A stretch of 39,773 nucleotides of DNA from assembly GCA_016282215.1 (NCBI GenBank), contig JAEEKC010000111.1, positions 1 to 39,773 of the forward strand. The letters run 5' to 3'. The position numbers and the translations under genes are program-made. The notes beneath the pieces were generated by a model. The model had not been told where the DNA came from, searched no databases, and saw only the letters and a program-made list of their open reading frames with translations. This document shows, piece after piece, positions 33,575-39,773 of this stretch. This DNA is from Lachnospiraceae bacterium (lineage in GTDB: Bacteria > Bacillota > Clostridia > Lachnospirales > Lachnospiraceae). The number at the start of each line of letters is the position of its first letter. Within the stretch, counting starts at the first letter, position 1.

Positions 33575-34143
33575 AACACACCTTCGTTTTTTGTGACTCT
33601 GATGATCTCCATCACGGCGCCGCATTTGCAGTTTTGCCCGCAGATGGGACAGGAAATACCATAGCGGTGGGCGTCTTTGTAAAACATGGGGATCTCTCTT
33701 TTCCAGATCACTTTTCCCATCTTCTCATAGATCCGCCTTGCCGGACAGCTTCCGTCCGGATAGACCCAGATCTCCACCGCAAAGGCTTCGATCCCACGCT
33801 TTTTTAACATTTCCAGGTTCCAGGCTGCCATCTGCCCTGCGATCCCCCGGCCCCGGTGATCCTTTGTCACCATCATGGCATCCACCGTTGCCACAGACAG
33901 TCCGGTAGTCTCTTTTTTCAGTTCTTCTTCCAAATCCGGATGAGGACAGGTCAGAGCAATGCCATCCTGAAAACTGAAATATCCTGCCGTTTCGCCCTCT
34001 GATACTGCACGACATCCATAGTAAATCCCGGCGTCGAAGGTTGCTTTGATGGCGTTTCTGACTTTTTCTCCACTGTTTAAATAGGTTTCATAATACCGTG
34101 TGATCTCATCAAGATCCTCTCCGGTAATACTTTTCAATTCCAT
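33571..34143 (-). CDS. GNAT-family N-acetyltransferase with a C-terminal CxxC..CxC tail
   Basis: MVTKDHRGRGIAGQMAAWNLEMLKKRG matches acetyl-CoA motif A. The C-terminus is CPICGQNCKCG. I prefer the ATG at 34143 (GAGGA upstream); the GTG at 34173 is an alternative start. Confidence 0.75.
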   Translation of the reverse strand: MELKSITGEDLDEITRYYETYLNSGEKVRNAIKATFDAGIYYGCRAVSEGETAGYFSFQDGIALTCPHPDLEEELKKETTGLSVATVDAMMVTKDHRGRGIAGQMAAWNLEMLKKRGIEAFAVEIWVYPDGSCPARRIYEKMGKVIWKREIPMFYKDAHRYGISCPICGQNCKCGAVMEIIRVTKNEGVL

Positions 34144-34173
34144 TTTGTTTCGATCCTCGATACAATGAGTCAC

Positions 34174-37068
34174 TTATTGGTATCTCTTCCGGTCCGTCTT
34201 GATTCCCGCGATATAAAGCCCCGTAAAGAACAGCAGCAAAATGCAGAATATGGCGATGCCGTTTCGATAACCCAGTAGCAGAAGCGCACCGTAAACCATA
34301 GGGCCGATGGTCTGGCCTAAGTTCTCAAACACAGAATAAATGCCCATGGATTTCCCGTTGCCATATTGCGCACTGTCCGGCAGTTCTTCGAAATAGGTAT
34401 ACTGACAGGTATAGGCAAAGGAGGTGATGGCCGACAGCATGAACGCGCCCAGCACCGCCGTTATCAGCGAAGGGATCAGGACAAAGAGCAGCATATTCAG
34501 TCCCATGGCCACGCTGCCGATGATAATACTGCCGAAGGTGCCGAAACGGCGGATCACATAATTTGATATATAAGGGCCGATATAGAGCACCAGCAATCCG
34601 CAAAGCATGTAAAGCTGTCCGATCCGCTCCTCGGAAAAACCGTTTTCCGCTGCAAACATGGGGAAAAAATATTCACGATAGGATATGGATGCCATAAAGG
34701 GTACCAGGATCAGTACCAAAAAGCCCAGCACCCGTCTGTTGAAGAAAAAGACAGGGAAACTGATCCGCGGTTTATCTTCCTCCCCGGATGCCTCGTCCGG
34801 TCTGACTTCTTTGCTCTTTTTACATAAAAGGAAAACAGGCAGCATAAAGCACGCCGCTACGGAATAGGCAAGCCGGCTTCCGCCGATGGGGAATAACAGG
34901 GAGGCCAGCCCGGCTCCTACGGTCAGGCCGGACAGAATTCCCGCCATCACATCCGCGAAGGCCTGTGCCACAGCCTCGGTTCCTTCTGCCATAGCCGCCA
35001 TTGCATTACAGGTCACATTGATCAGCCCAAGTCCGATACCCATAAACACATTGCCGATCAACAGCCCGAAGTAATTACCGAAAACGGCACAGATCACAAA
35101 ACCGGAAACCTCAATGGCCACACCGGTCAGAAGCGTCATTTTACTGCCCTTTTTCTCAGCCAAATGCCCGCCAACAGCCGCAAAAACAGCCATCATCAAA
35201 AGATTGGCTGACAGTGGAAGACCTGCACCCACACTGTCCGGCACGAAAAGCTGTCCGTGATAATGCTTAGCCGCAAGCACTGTGATAAAACTGTCCTGCA
35301 GCGTTGCCGCCGCATAGGAAAACAGAATGATGGTCCGAAGCGGAATCAGTTGTGTAATATCTGCCTTTGCCAGGTTCACAAGCTCCCTTTTCCTTTCATA
35401 AAAACCCAGCAAAAAGAGTCCTTCGACGATCAGCATCACCATAACTGCCGAGGAACAAAAGACTGACAAAATGATATTAAGGGTCTCGGAGCGTCTTTCT
35501 GCCGTGCGGTAACTTAAGTCCGTACCGATCTCGAGGATCGAAACGCACTCTCCCGCCTCATTTTCCACCGGCGTCAGAACGTAGAGCCACTGCCCGTCCG
35601 CGTCCGTGCTCTTCAGCGCAAAAGATCTTCTCGTATTGTAGACATCCATATAGTAGGTGTCATCCATCCGGCCGAAGGGTTCGCAGCACATGACTGTATC
35701 ATAATAGTTCATCAGATAACAGAGTTTCCCCTCCTCAACCTTGTAAAAGACATAATAATAGTCTTTTCCTTCCTTCATGGTTTCCGCCATCAGAAGGTCG
35801 AGTTTTTCCCGCAGCTGCAGATAGGAGGAGCTGGCATAATCGGATTCCGAAGTGATCCGCGATAAAAGATCCACATCCAGATTGTTGACGATCAGATCCG
35901 TGACCAGTTTCATGTCGCTGACATCCCAGACATCTTCTTTCCGGTGCTGTTCACTGATCAGGGACCAGGCGATAAAACTCGATACCGAAAGTACTGCCAG
36001 CACCACTGCTGCCATACGCAGGGCTGATTCGTGATAGGTCAGTTTCACAATGGCCGCAGGCAAAAACCGAAGCAGCCAGGTCAGGATAACCGCCGAAAGC
36101 ACGATCGCCATCCAAAGAAGAACCGTGATATAAAAGCCCTTGTATCCGATCTTCGCGACATAGGCGCTCTTTGGACTGCCTGACTGCGCATGTGTGATCT
36201 CATAAAAACTGATCAGGTCACAGCAAAGCACATTGTCACCGTCCGCAGATACGCTCAGGGCATTCAGTTTCAGATCGTCCTCGCGGTAAACGGTCGTCAG
36301 GCTCGTTACATCATCTTCTTTTAACCGGCACAGCCTGCCGCCGTAAAAATCGGAAAAGTATACCCATCCGTTTTCTGCACAGATTCCCTGCGGCATCAGA
36401 TGCTCCGCATCGCTCCCAAGCGTCTCCCAGGTATTGCCGCTGCCGGCTGCAAGCCGCACGCCGCCTCTTTTTGTGGCAATGGCGATATATCCGGTGGACA
36501 GATCCGCCGAAGCATCATTGAGCACATCGCCGCAATAAATGCTGCGGATCACACTGACATCCTCTCCTGCCACCAGCCGCAGTACCAGCCCATAATCATC
36601 CTGCTGCAGGACATACAATCCTTCATCCGCCGCCTTGATCTCAAAGATCCTGTCATCGCCTGTATAAATCTGCCTGTATTTACCGCCGCTGTATTCAATG
36701 ACGCGGTATTGCTCTAGTGTGCCGTCATCAGTCTCGATATAGGCAATATCCGAAATATATAAAACGCTTTTGCCGTTCGAAAAGCCTTCCGTCACGCTCT
36801 GGGCATAGTAAAACCTGTCGTTCCTGCCGCCGATGATCCTTTTTTCGAGCACACCATCCCGGCCGATCACATTGATCACGGTCTTTCCTTCATCGATCAC
36901 ATACTTCCTGCCGTCCTGTCCGTAGATCGCCTCAGCGGCTGTGGTAAACTCATAACTACGGCCCAAAAACAGCCCCGACCGGTTCACGTATACGACAGAC
37001 AAAAGTGCGATCAGCAAGGTCAGCAACGCGATATCGATATAAAGTTGTTTTTTACTCTTCGTTTCCAA
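34174..37068 (-). CDS. MFS transporter (C-terminal ~430 aa, 12 TM) fused to two N-terminal extracytoplasmic domains
   Basis: Layout: TM1 (res ~11-28), a ~290-aa domain, two TMs, a ~160-aa Cache-like domain (YYYVFYKVEEGKLCYL...GQWLYVLTPVENEAGECVSILEIG), then a hydrophobic MFS-like core. The only available start is the TTG at 37068, with a weak RBS. Confidence 0.75.
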   Translation of the reverse strand: METKSKKQLYIDIALLTLLIALLSVVYVNRSGLFLGRSYEFTTAAEAIYGQDGRKYVIDEGKTVINVIGRDGVLEKRIIGGRNDRFYYAQSVTEGFSNGKSVLYISDIAYIETDDGTLEQYRVIEYSGGKYRQIYTGDDRIFEIKAADEGLYVLQQDDYGLVLRLVAGEDVSVIRSIYCGDVLNDASADLSTGYIAIATKRGGVRLAAGSGNTWETLGSDAEHLMPQGICAENGWVYFSDFYGGRLCRLKEDDVTSLTTVYREDDLKLNALSVSADGDNVLCCDLISFYEITHAQSGSPKSAYVAKIGYKGFYITVLLWMAIVLSAVILTWLLRFLPAAIVKLTYHESALRMAAVVLAVLSVSSFIAWSLISEQHRKEDVWDVSDMKLVTDLIVNNLDVDLLSRITSESDYASSSYLQLREKLDLLMAETMKEGKDYYYVFYKVEEGKLCYLMNYYDTVMCCEPFGRMDDTYYMDVYNTRRSFALKSTDADGQWLYVLTPVENEAGECVSILEIGTDLSYRTAERRSETLNIILSVFCSSAVMVMLIVEGLFLLGFYERKRELVNLAKADITQLIPLRTIILFSYAAATLQDSFITVLAAKHYHGQLFVPDSVGAGLPLSANLLMMAVFAAVGGHLAEKKGSKMTLLTGVAIEVSGFVICAVFGNYFGLLIGNVFMGIGLGLINVTCNAMAAMAEGTEAVAQAFADVMAGILSGLTVGAGLASLLFPIGGSRLAYSVAACFMLPVFLLCKKSKEVRPDEASGEEDKPRISFPVFFFNRRVLGFLVLILVPFMASISYREYFFPMFAAENGFSEERIGQLYMLCGLLVLYIGPYISNYVIRRFGTFGSIIIGSVAMGLNMLLFVLIPSLITAVLGAFMLSAITSFAYTCQYTYFEELPDSAQYGNGKSMGIYSVFENLGQTIGPMVYGALLLLGYRNGIAIFCILLLFFTGLYIAGIKTDRKRYQ

Positions 37069-37198
37069 AACCGGTATACCCGCTTACTTTTTATCACATT
37101 CTGATCGCGTCGCAGTTCCCATCCCACATTTATCTAATCATTTGTAAACGGTACATAATCGGTACCACCCTAAATCCAAGCCGCCCGGCGGCGGCAGA

Positions 37199-38791
37199 TT
37201 ATTTTTTCTTGTGACAGCACTCCGGTAATGAAGCCGACCAGGGAAGGAGTTCTTCGCAGAAACGTCGATCTGTATCTTCCATGTGGTTCGGTATTACCGT
37301 AAGAACGTGCTTAATGTATTCGTACACATTCAGGTTGTTTGCTTTTGCTGTTTCAACTAGACTGTATATGATGGAACTGGCCTTGGCTCCGGATATCGTA
37401 TCGATCATGACAAAGTTTTTCTTTCCGATACAGAATCCACGAATAGCCCGCTCGGCACAGTTATTATCAAGCGGTACATCGGGATCATCCAGGAACACCC
37501 TAAGGTATTTTTCCTGGCTTAGTGAATAGGCAATTCCTTTCGCGGTCTTGTTCTTTGCAGATGTACGGTGTTCGTTTTTATGACACCACGCAAAGTAGGC
37601 CTCAACAAGAGGTTTGACCGTAAGCTGTCGCTTAAGCAGACGTTCTTCCGGTGGAAGGCCCTTCAGGGCGTTGTCCGCATTATATATTGCCTGTATCATG
37701 GCCAGGGCTTTGTATGCGAGGCTTCCTTTTTGAGCTCCCTTCGCCATTGCTTTCAGGGCTTCGTCATATCGTCGCCTTGCGTGCGCATAGCAGCCGGCTA
37801 TCTTTAGATCCTCGCGTTCTTTTTCAAGCTTGTGATAGACTTGATAGCCATCTGTTACACATACCCCGGAGAAATTCCTGAGGAACTCTCTCGGGTGAGA
37901 CGCGTTCCGCGTCTTTTGGTACTCATACAGGACAATCGGGTGTTCGTGATTCATTCCGGTCCGGTACACCCACATATAACTTTTGGATCCGGCCGGCCGG
38001 TCATCCTTGTTTACCAGCACCGGTGTTTCGTCTGCCTGCAGTACATGGTAATCATACATCTTTTCATGCAGGTAGTCATACAGGATTGACAAATACCTTT
38101 CGGCGCTTGCTATGGTCCACCTGGCCATTTCCTGCCTTGTGATATCAAGGCCATCGGACTCGAACTGTTTCTCGATCCGATAGAACGGAACGGCATTTAC
38201 ATACTTGGCATTTATGATGCCTGCTTCCAGCGAAGGAGAGACAAGACTGTTTCTCATAAGGTATGCCGGAAATTTCGCTTTTACCATGCGTTCACTCTTT
38301 TTGCCGGAGTAGACGCCGACATGTATCTCTTCAAGGCCCACCTTGGCGGGTACGAAATAATAACGTTTTATCACTTCGTCAGGAAGTGTTTTATATCCTT
38401 CATCACCAAACTCGTCATTCAGTTCTTCCTCTGACATGTAGTACTTAGTGGTTTCAACTACTTCGAGTTTGGACAGATCGGCTTCTTTCTTTCCCTGGGG
38501 CCGTTTGGCTTTCAAAGGTGCGGGGGCTTCTTTGGCTTCCTCGTCCTTTACAGCCTCAGCCTCGTTGAAGAATGCGATGTTTTCATCATTCTCAAAGAAT
38601 GAGATTTGGCCATCAATCTCGAAGGATTCGGAAGAGCGCCCAAACCGGTGGCGTTTTGCATCAACGACTTCTTCCATGAACTTTTGGAGTTTGTCATCAA
38701 GCTTTTTGTATTCTTCCTGCTGGGAAAGAATGATGTTGACCAGATCAGCGTGATCGAGTTTATTCAATTGCTCAGCGGATAAATGTTTCAT
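37199..38791 (-). CDS. tnpC: IS66-family transposase
   Basis: LQADETPVLV...SYMWVYRTG...VLYEYQKTR...FSGVCVTDGYQVY...AGCYAHARRRY is the characteristic IS66 DDE core. The protein is 530 aa. Confidence 0.93.
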   Translation of the reverse strand: MKHLSAEQLNKLDHADLVNIILSQQEEYKKLDDKLQKFMEEVVDAKRHRFGRSSESFEIDGQISFFENDENIAFFNEAEAVKDEEAKEAPAPLKAKRPQGKKEADLSKLEVVETTKYYMSEEELNDEFGDEGYKTLPDEVIKRYYFVPAKVGLEEIHVGVYSGKKSERMVKAKFPAYLMRNSLVSPSLEAGIINAKYVNAVPFYRIEKQFESDGLDITRQEMARWTIASAERYLSILYDYLHEKMYDYHVLQADETPVLVNKDDRPAGSKSYMWVYRTGMNHEHPIVLYEYQKTRNASHPREFLRNFSGVCVTDGYQVYHKLEKEREDLKIAGCYAHARRRYDEALKAMAKGAQKGSLAYKALAMIQAIYNADNALKGLPPEERLLKRQLTVKPLVEAYFAWCHKNEHRTSAKNKTAKGIAYSLSQEKYLRVFLDDPDVPLDNNCAERAIRGFCIGKKNFVMIDTISGAKASSIIYSLVETAKANNLNVYEYIKHVLTVIPNHMEDTDRRFCEELLPWSASLPECCHKKK

Positions 38792-39077
38792 ACAATAGCC
38801 CTTTTCCTTATAGGTCTATTATACCGCAAACCCGCTGTTTTGGCTAATTGACGGCTCTTTGGGATTCGTCAATTTGCCTATAAATGTAACGCTGCCACTG
38901 CGATCATACAAGCCTGTATTTCTAAGGCTTTTCAACAGAAACCGAAGCCGTTATTGTACAATTACGCCGCTCACAGCCACCGCCATTACGAGATCCTCAC
39001 GAATTCGATGGCGATTATGCACCTTGAAAACCCGGTAAAACGAAGCTGAAAATTTCTACGTTTTGCACAAAAGATTT

Positions 39078-39440
39078 TTAAGCAATCTCCGGCGGTGCCT
39101 TGATTTCAGCTATCGGATGTTTGGCCACAACGTCGAAGCCCTCCATAAGGAGACGGTATTGATCATGGGTTATCTGCATTGCTTCATCTGCAGACCTCGG
39201 CCAGCTGAACGCTCCGATTTCAAGGCGTTTATACAGGAGAAGGAATCCATCTCCTTCCCAGAGAAGGCCTTTGATACGATCCGTCCTTCTGCCGCAGAAA
39301 AGAAAAAGGACATTCTTTTCAAAGGGATCCAGCTTATATTTGAACTTTACGATCGATGCAAGACCATCTATTCCTTGGCGAAGGTCGGTGTAACCTACTG
39401 CAAGTACGATTTTGGAAAAACCCGAAGCATCATTTAACAT
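39078..39440 (-). CDS. tnpB: IS66 Orf2 accessory protein
   Basis: TDLRQGIDGLASIV...VLFLFCGRRTDRIKGLLWEGDGFLLLYKRLE.G.F.WP is the hallmark IS66 TnpB sequence. Confidence 0.93.
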   Translation of the reverse strand: MLNDASGFSKIVLAVGYTDLRQGIDGLASIVKFKYKLDPFEKNVLFLFCGRRTDRIKGLLWEGDGFLLLYKRLEIGAFSWPRSADEAMQITHDQYRLLMEGFDVVAKHPIAEIKAPPEIA

Positions 39441-39773
39441 TTGCAGCCACCTCCATGAGCGAAAGAAGGAGTTGCCTGGAGGTAGAAGAATTCACATCAA
39501 TTCTTATGCTTCCTATGGAAACGACAGCTTCAGTGTGAAAACTATCAGTATCAGCTTTCCGCGAGACCAATGGTGCTTGCTGCGGCTCCCTGATCTCAAC
39601 GAATTCGATGTTTTGCGACTCAAGAACGGACGTCCTAACTTTCCGCAGCCAATAATAATACGCATTAATGGAAAGACCATGCGCCTGGCAGTATTCCATG
39701 ATCGTCATGCCGCTGGAACTTCTGTCCTTAAAAATCTCCGTCCATTCGTTGAGCCGGATCTGATTTACTGCAA
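39430..39773 (-). CDS. tnpA: IS66 Orf1 (HTH accessory protein), 5' end outside the window
   Basis: The reading frame stays open upstream of the annotated Met to the window edge (AVNQIRLNEWTEIFKDRSSSGMTIMEYCQAHGLSINAYYYWLRKV), matching the usual IS66 TnpA HTH region. It overlaps tnpB by 11 nt. Confidence 0.8.
   Translation of the reverse strand, partial: AVNQIRLNEWTEIFKDRSSSGMTIMEYCQAHGLSINAYYYWLRKVRTSVLESQNIEFVEIREPQQAPLVSRKADTDSFHTEAVVSIGSIRIDVNSSTSRQLLLSLMEVAANVK

Larger units (their letters stand above)
37144..39773 (-). mobile_element. IS66-family insertion sequence (tnpA-tnpB-tnpC), truncated by the right window edge
   Basis: All three canonical IS66 ORFs are present in order. The candidate terminal inverted repeat GTAAACGGTACATAATCGGTACC reads inward from 37144 (IS66 ends typically begin GTAAGCG). 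The other end lies outside the window, so the boundary is tentative. Confidence 0.75.

Noticed and set aside
33575-33625. Upstream extensions offered by the ORF track: PP2C from 33625, GNAT from the GTG at 34173, and EAL from the GTG at 12312.
   Set aside because: Internal ATGs with better RBSs and classic ATGA stop/start overlaps give more plausible starts. The extensions add non-conserved, highly basic or odd residues. This remains a judgement call.
38992-39610. A 19-nt near-identical direct repeat (GATCCTCACGAATTCGATG / GATCTCAACGAATTCGATG) exactly 600 bp apart, one copy in the tnpB-tnpC spacer and one inside tnpA.
   Set aside because: Similarity does not extend beyond ~19 nt, and flanking translations differ. 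It may be a small relic of recombination between IS66 copies, but the evidence is insufficient for a feature.

Overview
This looks like a chromosomal segment from a Firmicutes/Clostridia (Lachnospiraceae-like) genome; that taxonomy is inferred from gene content only. Every credible gene lies on the minus strand, and the long plus-strand ORFs are antisense shadows. From low to high coordinates the window holds: (1) the conserved rplK(partial)-nusG-secE-rpmG block; (2) a 1691-aa secreted BspA/DUF285 leucine-rich-repeat giant protein containing a papain-like domain, about 12 acidic 23-aa repeats and a perfect (Met-Arg-Phe-Arg)x19 tract; (3) a 985-aa K/E-rich orphan; (4) a Zn-ribbon protein plus a membrane GGDEF(degenerate)-EAL phosphodiesterase; (5) a rhomboid protease; (6) the hydCBA electron-bifurcating-type [FeFe]-hydrogenase operon; (7) a secreted four-Fn3 protein, an M15 lipoprotein and a 946-aa orphan translationally coupled to it; (8) a tightly packed 13-kb, seven-gene signalling cluster (sensor-fused MFS, GNAT, Cache-HAMP-PP2C, orphan BMP lipoprotein, FliB-like Cys-cluster protein, hybrid HK-REC-Hpt, hybrid HK-REC-DegV); (9) an IS66 element (tnpA/B/C) running off the right edge. 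The most notable unexplained signals are the signalling cluster with its HK-DegV fusion, a ~40-nt leader element present five times in front of unrelated operons, and the (MRFR)19 tract whose nucleotide variation is purely synonymous. No rRNA, tRNA or CRISPR array was seen. Novelty cannot be verified without database searches.
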